Of a stretch of 64,000 nt of DNA, positions 1-9,194 are shown in pieces; positions within the stretch are counted from its first letter, which is position 1; each line of letters starts with the position of its first letter. A program made the translations under genes and the position numbers. The stretch covers positions 148,650 through 212,649 of the forward strand of contig CAZWYP010000001.1 of NCBI GenBank assembly GCA_964638415.1, in the 5' to 3' direction. Source of the stretch: an uncultured Gammaproteobacteria bacterium (GTDB lineage Bacteria; Patescibacteriota; Patescibacteriia; UBA1558; GWA2-36-10). The notes below the pieces were generated by a model that worked only from the letters and a program-made list of their open reading frames with translations, ran no database searches and was not told where the DNA came from.

Positions 1-732
1 GAAGTGCCGGTGCAGAGCCGTACCGCTAAGGGTCAGAACATTGTTAACTTCCTACAATTATCTCCAGAAGAAAGAGTATCTTCTATTCGGCAGTCAAATA
101 AGTCGGAAACCAGGAAGTATTTTGTCATGGTTACCACTAAAGGCTTAATTAAAAGAGTGGAAGTGGAGCAGTTTGCCAATGTTCGTCGCAATGGTTTAAT
201 TGCCATCAAACTAAAAGATAATGATAGCTTACTCTGGGTGCGGGCAACTTCCGGCAAGGACGATATTGTTCTGGTAACACAAAAAGGCCAGGCCATTAGA
301 TTCAAGGAAGAGAAAGTTAGAGCCATGGGTCGTTCAGCGGCCGGCGTGCATGGTATCCGCCTGAAAGGCAATGATGAAGTAATAGGAATGGATGTTATTA
401 AAGGCGGCAAAGAAGCTGGCGATGAACAATTGCTGGTAGTAATGGCTAATGGTTTTGGTAAGCGCACCAAGCTTAAAGAATATAAAATTCAGGGCAGAGG
501 AGGTTCCGGTATTAAGACGGCGCAGGTAACTGCTAAAACCGGCAATATTACTTCCTCCAGCATTGTTTCTTCAGAAGCTAAAGATCAGGATCTGATCATT
601 ATCTCCCGCAAAGGACAGGTAATCCGCTTAGCGGTGAAATCCATTAGTGTCTTGGGTCGCGCTACTCAGGGCGTGCGTCTAATGCGCTTCAAAGATCCTG
701 ATGATAAAGTTTCTTCAGTCACTTATATTTAA
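1..732 (+). CDS. gyrA: DNA gyrase subunit A, C-terminal beta-pinwheel (5' truncated by window edge)
   Basis: Repeated GyrA CTD blades (RAMGRSAAGVHGIRL, QGRGGSGIK, LGRATQGVRLMR); frame open from base 1. Confidence 0.93.
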   Translation, partial: EVPVQSRTAKGQNIVNFLQLSPEERVSSIRQSNKSETRKYFVMVTTKGLIKRVEVEQFANVRRNGLIAIKLKDNDSLLWVRATSGKDDIVLVTQKGQAIRFKEEKVRAMGRSAAGVHGIRLKGNDEVIGMDVIKGGKEAGDEQLLVVMANGFGKRTKLKEYKIQGRGGSGIKTAQVTAKTGNITSSSIVSSEAKDQDLIIISRKGQVIRLAVKSISVLGRATQGVRLMRFKDPDDKVSSVTYI

Positions 733-744
733 CTAACTCCGGTT

Positions 745-1758
745 ATGGAAGAGCGAATAATTTCCGGCAGCAAGCAAAAGCAGGATAAGGCGTGGGACAC
801 AACTCTGCGTCCCCAGTCCCTGCAGGATTATGTTGGTCAAGAGCAGGTGAAGGCCAATTTAGACATTGTCTTAACGGCGGCTAAAGGTCGCAGTGAGCCT
901 TTGGATCATGTTTTGCTATTTGGTCCGCCGGGCTTAGGCAAAACTACTTTAGCTCATATCATTGCCAAGGAAATGGGCGTAGGCATTAAAGTGACATCCG
1001 GACCTACCATTACCAAGGCTGGAGATTTAGCGGCGATTATTACCAACTTGCAGGAAGGGGATATTTTGTTTATCGATGAAATCCACCGTTTAAATAAAGT
1101 AATTGAAGAGATTCTTTATCCGGCCATGGAAGACTATGCTTTGGATATTATCTTAGGCAAAGGACCGAGTGCGCAGATTCTGCGCTTGGATCTACCTAAA
1201 TTTACCATCATTGGCGCTACCACCAGATACAATTTAATTTCTTCTCCCCTAAGAGACAGGTTTGGCGCTACCTTCCGTCTGGATTTTTATTCGCCGGAAG
1301 AATTGCAAACTATTGTTAAGCGGTCGGCAGATATTTTAGGAGTGAAGATAATCAAGGAAGCCTTAGAGGAGATTTCCCGCCGTTCTCGCGGCACTCCCCG
1401 CATTGCTAACCGCATTTTAAAAAGAGTCAGGGATTATGCGCAGGTGAAATCCAATGGCGATGTGGAAATGGAAATGACTAAGGCCGCTTTGGATTTAATG
1501 GCTATTGACCACAATGGTTTGGATGAATTAGACCGGAGGTTGTTAAAGATAATTATAGAGAATTATCAGGGAGGGCCGGTAGGTTTAAGCACTTTGGCCG
1601 CCGCTTTAAATGAAGAAGCTGGCACGATTGAAGAAGTATTTGAACCTTATTTGATGCAATTAGGATTATTAGCTAGAACGGCCAAAGGCCGGATGGCAAC
1701 ACCCAAAGCTTATGATTATTTGGGAGTTAATAAGTTGGAAGATAATAGTTTGTTTTAA
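745..1758 (+). CDS. ruvB: Holliday junction branch migration helicase RuvB
   Basis: [12 protein letters not shown], Walker [28 protein letters not shown]. Confidence 0.98.
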   Translation: MEERIISGSKQKQDKAWDTTLRPQSLQDYVGQEQVKANLDIVLTAAKGRSEPLDHVLLFGPPGLGKTTLAHIIAKEMGVGIKVTSGPTITKAGDLAAIITNLQEGDILFIDEIHRLNKVIEEILYPAMEDYALDIILGKGPSAQILRLDLPKFTIIGATTRYNLISSPLRDRFGATFRLDFYSPEELQTIVKRSADILGVKIIKEALEEISRRSRGTPRIANRILKRVRDYAQVKSNGDVEMEMTKAALDLMAIDHNGLDELDRRLLKIIIENYQGGPVGLSTLAAALNEEAGTIEEVFEPYLMQLGLLARTAKGRMATPKAYDYLGVNKLEDNSLF

Positions 1759-2340
1759 ATGAAGCCTAAACTTTTATTGCACGCTTGTTGTGCGCCGTGT
1801 TCAATTTATGTCTTGAAGAAATTGTCAGCCGATTGGCAGGTGACGATTTTTTTCTATGATCCCAATATTCATCCAAAAGAAGAATATGACAAGCGCCGTG
1901 ATGAATTGAAAAAGTATGCAGAGAAGATAGGTATTAATTTTGAGGAAGGCGAGTATGATGTGGATGTCTGGCTGGAAAAAACCAAAGGATTGGAATTAGA
2001 GCCGGAGCGGGGCCGTCGCTGTATAATCTGTTTTGATATCCGCCTGTCCAAAACTGCTATTAAAGCCAAGCAGGAAAATTATGATGCTTTTGCCACGGTA
2101 ATGTCCATTAGTCCGCATAAGGATTACCAGGCTTTAAGCCGGGTTGGTAATCGCTTGGCTCATAAATTCAATATTCTATTCTTAGACGGTAATTGGAAGA
2201 AGCAGGGTGGTTTTATCCAGGCTTTAGCCCTGTCTAAAGCCGAAGGTTTTTACCGCCAGGATTACTGCGGCTGCATTTATTCACAGGCGGCTAGAGAAAA
2301 GATAAAATCAGCCAAACAGCATGAACATCAAACTGTTTAA
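1759..2340 (+). CDS. queH: Epoxyqueuosine reductase QueH (DUF208)
   Basis: LLLHACCAPCS, PNIHP, RCxxCF, YRQDYCGC; overlaps queA. Confidence 0.92.
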   Translation: MKPKLLLHACCAPCSIYVLKKLSADWQVTIFFYDPNIHPKEEYDKRRDELKKYAEKIGINFEEGEYDVDVWLEKTKGLELEPERGRRCIICFDIRLSKTAIKAKQENYDAFATVMSISPHKDYQALSRVGNRLAHKFNILFLDGNWKKQGGFIQALALSKAEGFYRQDYCGCIYSQAAREKIKSAKQHEHQTV

Positions 2341-3349
2341 TTACCATCTTCCCCAGGAGCTAATCGCTCAGGCTCAAGTTAAACCGCGGGATCACTCGCG
2401 GCTTTTGGTTTTAGATAAAAGCAGCAAGAAATTAAAGCATCTGCATTTTTATGATTTACCCAAGCTGTTAACTGGAAATGATGTTTTAGTCTTAAACCAG
2501 ACTAAGGTATTTCCGGCGCGTTTAATCGGCAAGAAGATTACTGGCGGTAAGGCAGAAATTTTCTTAATGGCTAGAATAAATAAAGATAATTGGCAGGCTC
2601 TGATTGGCGGCAGGCATTTGCAAGTTGGTGACAGTATTTTTTTGCCAAAAAAATTACAGGCTAGATTAATTAAAAAGCTGGATGATAAATCCTGGCAAGT
2701 GCAATTTAACATCGCTGGCCGCCAGTTAGATAGAATAATCGAGCAGGTTGGACAGACACCGCTCCCGCCGTATATTAAAACTGAAGACAATAAAAAAGTC
2801 AGGCAGGATTACCAGACAGTTTTTGCGGCTATTAAAGGTTCGGTAGCCGCTCCCACGGCTGGTCTGCATTTTACTCCTAAGCTATTGCAGGCATTAAAGA
2901 AGAAAGGAGTGCAGATTTTTAAAATAACTTTGCATGTTGGTTGGGGTACGTTTGCACCGGTGCAAGTCCAGCAGATTGAGCAGCATAAATTGCATCAGGA
3001 GTGGGTGGAGATAGACAGGGCTACCGTTAAAAGCCTGAATAAACTAAAACAGCAGGGCAGGAATATTATTGCAGTGGGCACCACTACTTGTCGGGCTTTA
3101 GAAGCTTTCAGTAACCAGCGGGGAAAATTATCTGCTGGTAAGAAATTTATTAATATTTATATTTATCCGGGATACAAGTTTAAATTTATTGACGAGCTTA
3201 TTACTAATTTCCACTTGCCCCAAAGCTCGCTGTTGTTTTTAGTCTCAGCTTTGGCCGGACGGAAATTAATGATGGATACTTACTTGGAAGCAGTTAAGAA
3301 AAAATATCGTTTTTACTCTTTTGGCGATGCGATGTTTATTAGGAAATAA
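2321..3349 (+). CDS. queA: S-adenosylmethionine:tRNA ribosyltransferase-isomerase QueA
   Basis: LPPYI, GSVAAPTAGLHFT, LHVGWGTF, TNFHLPQS, YRFYSFGDAM. Confidence 0.97.
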   Translation: MNIKLFNYHLPQELIAQAQVKPRDHSRLLVLDKSSKKLKHLHFYDLPKLLTGNDVLVLNQTKVFPARLIGKKITGGKAEIFLMARINKDNWQALIGGRHLQVGDSIFLPKKLQARLIKKLDDKSWQVQFNIAGRQLDRIIEQVGQTPLPPYIKTEDNKKVRQDYQTVFAAIKGSVAAPTAGLHFTPKLLQALKKKGVQIFKITLHVGWGTFAPVQVQQIEQHKLHQEWVEIDRATVKSLNKLKQQGRNIIAVGTTTCRALEAFSNQRGKLSAGKKFINIYIYPGYKFKFIDELITNFHLPQSSLLFLVSALAGRKLMMDTYLEAVKKKYRFYSFGDAMFIRK

Positions 3350-3364
3350 TATTTTAAACAAATG

Positions 3365-3400
3365 AAAAAGGGATTACAGCCCTTCTTTTGCAATCCCTTT
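3365..3400. terminator. Intrinsic terminator, probably bidirectional; best U-tract on minus strand
   Basis: Imperfect inverted repeat AAAGGGATTACA...TGCAATCCCTTT with flanking A/T runs. Confidence 0.7.
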
Positions 3401-3553
3401 ATGTGTGAACTTCGTGTTCGTTTTTCTATATTCAATTGTATGTTTTTCTTTAGCTTAAGTTGCCAACTATATAAAATCTAATTTGTAGTACTCCTCAGAG
3501 TACGCTTTAGTTATGCCAACTGGCTTTAGAAATGTATGTAATGTACTATCACT
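3365..3553 (-). ncRNA. Candidate ~190-nt small RNA
   Basis: Bounded by a near-consensus promoter and a terminator; no ATG-initiated ORF found; internal repeats AGTTGGCA x2 and CTAAAG x3. Confidence 0.45.
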
Positions 3554-3559
3554 AAAGGT

Positions 3560-3588
3560 AGTATAGCATACTTTTTAGCGTTTGTCAA
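3560..3588 (-). promoter_or_regulatory. Sigma70 promoter, extended -10
   Basis: Minus strand TTGACA (3588-3583), 17-bp spacer ending TGC, TATACT (3565-3560). Confidence 0.75.
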
Positions 3589-3599
3589 CTTTTTAACTG

Positions 3600-4169
3600 T
3601 TATCTTAAAGAATTTCTGGTAGATACTGGCCAATTAAGTCGGTTAATTAATATAGAAGAGATATTATCTTCATCTGTTGTCTTCCAAAGCAGGTAAATTT
3701 GCTGCTCATTAAGAGTAATAGCCAAATCTCTGGTATTAGCTGGTATAGGTAAACTGGTTAGATGCTGGTTTACTATTATCTGCTCATCATTGTTTGGGAA
3801 AAAGTCAGCGGAGAATAATACCGAAGAAGTAATTAAGTCATTTTCTGTGGTAGTTAAGCTTAAATAAAGAGTGTAATTACCATAACGGCTGGTTAGAACT
3901 TGCAGGGTAAGATCTTGCTCGGGTAAATTCCTTAAGTGATCTGGCAAGTCAAAGGAAATCCAAGCTAGACGAGTCCCCTCTTCATTTAAGATGCTTAACT
4001 CTATTGACCAGGGAGTTAAAACTCCCGTTGCCAGATAGTGGTTGAAGCTTGCTAAGGCCAGCTGACGGTAAGGTCCGCCGTCATCATGTAAAGCAGTGGG
4101 CCACGCCCAGGCAGTTAAGGGAAGGGTTAATAATACAAAGAGCATAAAAATAGATACTAATCGCTTCAT
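3600..4169 (-). CDS. Hypothetical exported protein
   Basis: Sec signal peptide MKRLVSIFMLFVLLTLPLTAWA; no recognisable family. Confidence 0.65.
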   Translation of the reverse strand: MKRLVSIFMLFVLLTLPLTAWAWPTALHDDGGPYRQLALASFNHYLATGVLTPWSIELSILNEEGTRLAWISFDLPDHLRNLPEQDLTLQVLTSRYGNYTLYLSLTTTENDLITSSVLFSADFFPNNDEQIIVNQHLTSLPIPANTRDLAITLNEQQIYLLWKTTDEDNISSILINRLNWPVSTRNSLR

Positions 4170-4197
4170 CTTCTTTTTAGTTAATTATTATTTAGCA

Positions 4198-4238
4198 AAC
4201 AAAGGGCCTGTCATCTTAGAAAGATAACAGGCCTGTTT
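4198..4238 (-). terminator. Hairpin/terminator in the leader of the 4169 gene
   Basis: GGCCTGTCATCTT-aga-AAGATAACAGGCC inverted repeat, U-rich tail on minus strand. Confidence 0.5.
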
Positions 4239-4385
4239 AATGTTTGTGCTTGTATCTTAGCACTAGCGTAATAATAGTCAAGTTTAAGAAGATAATTGAC
4301 AAAAATTCTTAATTAGTTTAAATTATTAGCTTATTCTAAGGTTCTTTAGGTTATTAAACATTTGTTCAACCATAGGAGATGTCTG

Positions 4386-5036
4386 ATGGAAAAGAGAGGC
4401 CGTCCGAGATTAACGGATATGCAGATTTTGGTGCTGGTTATTCAAGAGCTGATCTGGGAAAAACAGTTGCTGACGGGATCAGTTCGCCCGGCTGTCCGCT
4501 GGAAGAAGGATCGCATTTTGTTTCATCTGGAGCGTAAGCTCATTCAGTTGAAGCGCTTGCCAGCTGGCAGTAAATTGACCGGTAGCGATCAGCGCCACTT
4601 CACTATTCTGCTGCAACAGGCTGCCAGGCAGACGCAGTCCCGCAGTCCTTTGATAGTCATCGGGCGGGGCAGTCAGAAGAATCGCTTGATTCGTCTGCCG
4701 AAAGTGCAAGCAGCAGCCAAGATGACTGCTGCTAGGGTCGTTTATGAGGATGATCAGGATATTCTGCTCTGTGTTTTGCGTCAAGCGATTAAGCTGCGGA
4801 GCGCTATGACCGGTAGCAAGAATCCGGCAGTGAAATGGAAGCGAGACAATTTGCTGGCTTTGCTGGAGATGGAGTTGATCCGGCGCAATATCATGAAGTC
4901 TGATCAGGAGCTGACTGAATATGGCAAACGCCATTTCACTTCTTTACTGGCGCGTTTGGGGCAAACTACTAAGGCGCGGGCGGCCTTGGTGGTGATGTCC
5001 GGACAAAAGCATAATCGCAGCATGCGTTTGGCTTGA
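4386..5036 (+). CDS. Basic hypothetical protein: N-terminal AT-hook-like KRGRPR and two tandem ~100-aa repeats
   Basis: AGGAG before ATG 4386; repeats TGSVRPAVRWKKD/TGSKNPAVKWKRD and RHFTILL/RHFTSLL. Confidence 0.7.
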   Translation: MEKRGRPRLTDMQILVLVIQELIWEKQLLTGSVRPAVRWKKDRILFHLERKLIQLKRLPAGSKLTGSDQRHFTILLQQAARQTQSRSPLIVIGRGSQKNRLIRLPKVQAAAKMTAARVVYEDDQDILLCVLRQAIKLRSAMTGSKNPAVKWKRDNLLALLEMELIRRNIMKSDQELTEYGKRHFTSLLARLGQTTKARAALVVMSGQKHNRSMRLA

Positions 5037-5048
5037 ACTGTGGTTTTG

Positions 5049-5083
5049 AAAAAAAGAACCCTGTCACATTGTGACAGGGTTTT
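5049..5083. repeat. 35-bp palindromic element, copy 1 (terminator-like)
   Basis: AAAAAAAGAACCCTGTCACATTGTGACAGGGTTTT, identical to 6904-6938. Confidence 0.9.
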
Positions 5084-5134
5084 TGTATGGACTTTTTTAT
5101 TATTTTATGGTAGAATAGCGGGCACATATTATTT

Positions 5135-6895
5135 ATGGATAAAAGTTATACCAGACAGACATTAAAGATTTATTGGCAGCATGTGAAAAAATACCGCTGG
5201 TCTTTTTTTGTTTTGATTTTTTCCATTATTGCCGCTTCTGTGGCTAATCTAATCGGTCCGATTTTTTATAAGGAATTTTTTGATGCTATTACTTCTCCAG
5301 AAACTTTATCAGACAATGGTTTGCTGAACATTTTGTTAATTATCTTGACTGTCAATTTAATTGCCTGGTTTTTCTGGAGACTGTCAACTTTTATGATTGC
5401 CTATTTTGAAGCTAAGGTAATCCGTGATTTATATAATACCTGCTTTGCTTATCTGCATAAGCATTCCTTTTCTTTCTTTAATAATAATTTTGTTGGCTCT
5501 TTGGTTAAAAAGGTAAACCGCTTTCCCCGTTCTTTTGAGGGTATTACCGACTTGTTCTCTTTTGAAGTCCTAGGCTTATTGGTCAGTATGATTTTTATCA
5601 TTAGCGTGGTCTGGTCAAGAAGCTGGCTATTAGGTAGCGGAATATTAGTCTGGGTAATAATCTATTGCGCTATTAATTATTTTTTCAGTTTATATAAATT
5701 AAAATTTGATCTAGAAAGGAGCCTGGCTGATTCCGAAGTGACGGCGGTTTTAGCTGATACTATTACCAATAACCGGAACGTTAAATTATTTAACGGCTAT
5801 GAGCGGGAAAAAAAGTTTTTTGGCCAAGCGACAGATAAGCTGCAGCGCTTGCAATTATTTACTTGGAATTTAGGCAACAAGTTTGAAGCGTTGCAGACAA
5901 TATTAATGGTTGGTTTGGAATTCGGAGTTTTTTATGCTGCTATACATCTTTGGCGGCAAGGGCTGGTGACTATTGGTGATTTTGTCCTACTGCAATCCTA
6001 TATTTTAGTAATCTTTAATAGGTTGTGGAATTTTGGCAGAATTATTCGCCGTTATTATGAGAATATGTCTGATGCTAATGAGATGACGGAGATTTTATTA
6101 AAAGAGCATGAAATTAAAGATGTTTTACAGGCTAAAGATTTATTAGTTAGCAAGGGCCAGATTGATTTCCAGCAGCTGACTTTTAATTATAAGAGCACTA
6201 GAAAGATATTCTCACAATTAAATTTATCAGTGAAAGCTCAGGAGAAAATTGCTCTAGTCGGGCCATCTGGTTGTGGCAAGTCCACTTTAGTTAATCTATT
6301 ATTAAGGAATTATGATTTAGCTTCAGGGAAGATTCTAATTGACGGACAAGATATTGCCAAAGTCACTCAGGAAAGTTTATGGAAAAATGTCAGTTTAGTT
6401 CCCCAAGATCCTATTCTATTCCACCGAACCTTGAAAGAGAATATCAGTTATGGTTGTCCTCAGGCAACTGACGCAGAAATTATCCAAGCTGCTAAATTAG
6501 CTAATTGCCATGAGTTTATTAAGGAGCTATCGGCTGGTTATGATACTTATGTTGGTGAGCGCGGTATTAAATTATCCGGAGGTGAAAGGCAGCGGGTGGC
6601 TATTGCCAGAGCAATTTTAAAAAACTCCCCGATTTTAATTTTTGACGAAGCTACTTCCAGTCTGGATTCAGAATCCGAGAAACTAATCCAAGAAGCCCTT
6701 AATGTTTTAATGGTAGATAAGACGGTTATGGTTATTGCTCACCGCTTGTCCACCATAATAAAAATGGATAGGATAATTGTTTTTGATAAAGGCAGAATAA
6801 TTGAAGAAGGAACTCATCAGCAATTGCTTAAGATTAAAAATGGATTTTATAAAAACTTATGGAATAAGCAGGTAGGTGGTTTTTTGGGAGAGTAA
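5135..6895 (+). CDS. ABC exporter, fused permease/ATPase (MsbA/Atm1-like)
   Basis: N-terminal TM domain; GPSGCGKS, LSGGERQRVAIAR, IFDEATSSLD, IAHRLST. Confidence 0.95.
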   Translation: MDKSYTRQTLKIYWQHVKKYRWSFFVLIFSIIAASVANLIGPIFYKEFFDAITSPETLSDNGLLNILLIILTVNLIAWFFWRLSTFMIAYFEAKVIRDLYNTCFAYLHKHSFSFFNNNFVGSLVKKVNRFPRSFEGITDLFSFEVLGLLVSMIFIISVVWSRSWLLGSGILVWVIIYCAINYFFSLYKLKFDLERSLADSEVTAVLADTITNNRNVKLFNGYEREKKFFGQATDKLQRLQLFTWNLGNKFEALQTILMVGLEFGVFYAAIHLWRQGLVTIGDFVLLQSYILVIFNRLWNFGRIIRRYYENMSDANEMTEILLKEHEIKDVLQAKDLLVSKGQIDFQQLTFNYKSTRKIFSQLNLSVKAQEKIALVGPSGCGKSTLVNLLLRNYDLASGKILIDGQDIAKVTQESLWKNVSLVPQDPILFHRTLKENISYGCPQATDAEIIQAAKLANCHEFIKELSAGYDTYVGERGIKLSGGERQRVAIARAILKNSPILIFDEATSSLDSESEKLIQEALNVLMVDKTVMVIAHRLSTIIKMDRIIVFDKGRIIEEGTHQQLLKIKNGFYKNLWNKQVGGFLGE

Positions 6896-6903
6896 TTTTT
6901 TGT

Positions 6904-6938
6904 AAAAAAAGAACCCTGTCACATTGTGACAGGGTTTT
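6904..6938. repeat. 35-bp palindromic element, copy 2 (likely bidirectional terminator between convergent genes)
   Basis: Identical to 5049-5083, same orientation. Confidence 0.9.
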
Positions 6939-6957
6939 ATTTTCCCGTTAGGGACAG

Positions 6958-7557
6958 CTACCAGCGGTAGCCAACGCCGAGAATTAATTTCTCGGTATTG
7001 CCTTCCCCGGAGCCAAAGGTGTACCACGGCTTCAGGTAGAATTGTCCCAAGTTGATCAGCGCGGTCGGTCCGATATCCACTTGGGAAGAAAATCCTGAAG
7101 TGAATTCATGGTAAACCTGTTCTCCGATGCCCACCTTAACCAGTAGATGTGCCTGGTAAGTGACGTCCATCCACTGGTAGGCCCAGTCAGGCATGCTGCC
7201 GGCACCGGTCCAGGCGGCGTATTGGTAGAGGCTGAAGAAGCCGAACTTGCCGCGTCCACCGCCGACATAGACTTCGGGACTGAAACCATCATAGTCTCCG
7301 CTCAAGATGCCGATGGCCGGAGTGACATTGAGACGCCTGTCGCCATAGGGTTTGCCGGCGAAGATGCCGAAGGTGTTGGGTGCGTCGAAGTCGTAGCGCG
7401 CTTCAAAGAAGAGGTTTTCCGTGACTTGGGTGTACCAGAAGATATTGGTCTTCTGGCCGTCGACGTTCTTGTAGAAATACGAGAGGTCGTTCAGGGCCCA
7501 GACTTGGCTGGATAAGGCGATCAGGCTGATCAGGGTGGTCAAAAAGAGCTTCAACAT
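6958..7557 (-). CDS. Exported beta-rich protein resembling a small outer-membrane beta-barrel
   Basis: AAGGAAG before ATG 7557; signal peptide ending QVWA; aromatic alternating strands; C-terminus LILGVGYRW; GC visibly higher than flanks. Confidence 0.7.
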   Translation of the reverse strand: MLKLFLTTLISLIALSSQVWALNDLSYFYKNVDGQKTNIFWYTQVTENLFFEARYDFDAPNTFGIFAGKPYGDRRLNVTPAIGILSGDYDGFSPEVYVGGGRGKFGFFSLYQYAAWTGAGSMPDWAYQWMDVTYQAHLLVKVGIGEQVYHEFTSGFSSQVDIGPTALINLGQFYLKPWYTFGSGEGNTEKLILGVGYRW

Positions 7558-7721
7558 GGAGACTTCCTTTGGTTGGGAAATATGGTAGATAGATTGAAAG
7601 AAGAACAAAGTAATATGATATACTATCATATTATTGCTATTTTGTCAAGGTATATGTGTTTCCTTTATTTTTTTAAGATCTTCATGATATAGTTAATAAA
7701 GCTAATTTTTAGGATAAAATT

Positions 7722-9131
7722 ATGAAAAAGAATATTTTAGCAATTTTAGTTTTAATTATTATTGCTTTAGCAATGGTTTTCTTTTTGCGGCAGAATAACA
7801 CTTCTTTGCCGGAAGCAATATTAAAAGAAGAAATAAAACTCTATGCTTATTTAGCAGAAGAAGTTAATACCGGACAATTAAGCGTGTCTATTCCCTTTAA
7901 CAAACAGTTAGCAGAAGATTACCAAGTGGATTTAGCTGTAGATTGGAACAATGACGGTCAGTGGTCAGCTGATGAATGGGTATGGAAAGATTTAGCCGTG
8001 CATTTAGTGCAGGGCTTGCGGAATAATTTCTATTTCGCCGATGAGCAGAATAGGTTGGCAGTAAATCAGGAAGTGGGAATTAAAATTAATTTAAAGAAAG
8101 TTGGTAACAATGATTTGTTAGAAACTTTAGAGCAGAAAGTCAAAGTGGAGAAAATAGAATTAGAGCAGATTTTTGGTTTTAATGTTCCGGGGGCGGCTGA
8201 AGATTTGAAGCGAGGTATTGGTTTACCACAAGCTATTACCCAAATTGCTTATGCGCAGGATAATGGCGAGATTTTCCGGGAAGCAATGACACCAGATTTA
8301 GCTCAAGGGAGAATGGAATGTGCAGCAGTATCCACTGCTAATAATTTAATGTCTTTAGCTGGGCAATATGACCGCTTAGCAGATTTGCCGGAATTTACCG
8401 GTGAACTGATTGAAGAATTAAAGAAAGATATGAAATTCAATAATGGCATTTTATTACCCAATATGGTACCGGGCAAGAATGCTTTTGTTGCCCGCCACAA
8501 TTTACCAATTGCCAGCGAACTTAAAACTGCTCCGACTTTGGAGCAGATCAGACAGGCTTTGGCTTCAGGAGCAGCGGTAGAATTAAGCATGAATTTTACT
8601 CGTTCACGCAGTGGGCGAGCTGCTACCGGCCACGTGGTAACTTTAGTGGGTGTTTCTGGTAACCAGGTTTTTGTCCATGATTCCGGCACGCCGGAAGGCA
8701 TGGATGCTTTAGATATTACCAGTACAGTGAGAACTAAGGTAGGAGATTTTGTTGGAGTAAATTATCCCTTGTGGGATGGAGTAGCTTATATTGACGGTAT
8801 TGTCATCCAGAATTGGACAGAAGCGCAACGAGCTAATGAATCATACACTGATGCTGGCGAGCAAGCCAGCGAAGTGGAAATGTTGGTAATTAACGGGTCA
8901 TATTTTCCCAAAAGCCAGTTTAAAGTAGCCGGTGCTGACGCTTGCGATGCTAGCCATTACCATTCCCATCAGCCCGTCTGGGGTTTAAGAGCTAAAGACT
9001 CAACAGAAGTGATTTCTTTAATGGATCCTCTACCTAATGCTTGTGGTTTTGGCAAGATATCGGAAGTGCCGGTAGAAAAGATTACCATTAGCTTTGAACA
9101 GTCAACAGCTTTATTACAGTATTTACCTTAG
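7722..9131 (+). CDS. Membrane-anchored protein with GEVED-like domain and papain-like (C39-type) cysteine peptidase domain
   Basis: N-terminal TM; VDWNNDGQWSADEW; putative catalytic ECAAVS, GHVVTLVG, VHDS. Confidence 0.6.
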   Translation: MKKNILAILVLIIIALAMVFFLRQNNTSLPEAILKEEIKLYAYLAEEVNTGQLSVSIPFNKQLAEDYQVDLAVDWNNDGQWSADEWVWKDLAVHLVQGLRNNFYFADEQNRLAVNQEVGIKINLKKVGNNDLLETLEQKVKVEKIELEQIFGFNVPGAAEDLKRGIGLPQAITQIAYAQDNGEIFREAMTPDLAQGRMECAAVSTANNLMSLAGQYDRLADLPEFTGELIEELKKDMKFNNGILLPNMVPGKNAFVARHNLPIASELKTAPTLEQIRQALASGAAVELSMNFTRSRSGRAATGHVVTLVGVSGNQVFVHDSGTPEGMDALDITSTVRTKVGDFVGVNYPLWDGVAYIDGIVIQNWTEAQRANESYTDAGEQASEVEMLVINGSYFPKSQFKVAGADACDASHYHSHQPVWGLRAKDSTEVISLMDPLPNACGFGKISEVPVEKITISFEQSTALLQYLP

Positions 9132-9144
9132 GAGTTAATTAAAT

Positions 9145-9171
9145 AAAAAACCGGCAATTAGCCGGTTTTTT
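9145..9171. terminator. Bidirectional terminator closing the cassette array
   Basis: AAAAAACCGGC-aatta-GCCGGTTTTTT. Confidence 0.85.
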
Positions 9172-9194
9172 AGGGCTTAAGTGATTTATATTTC

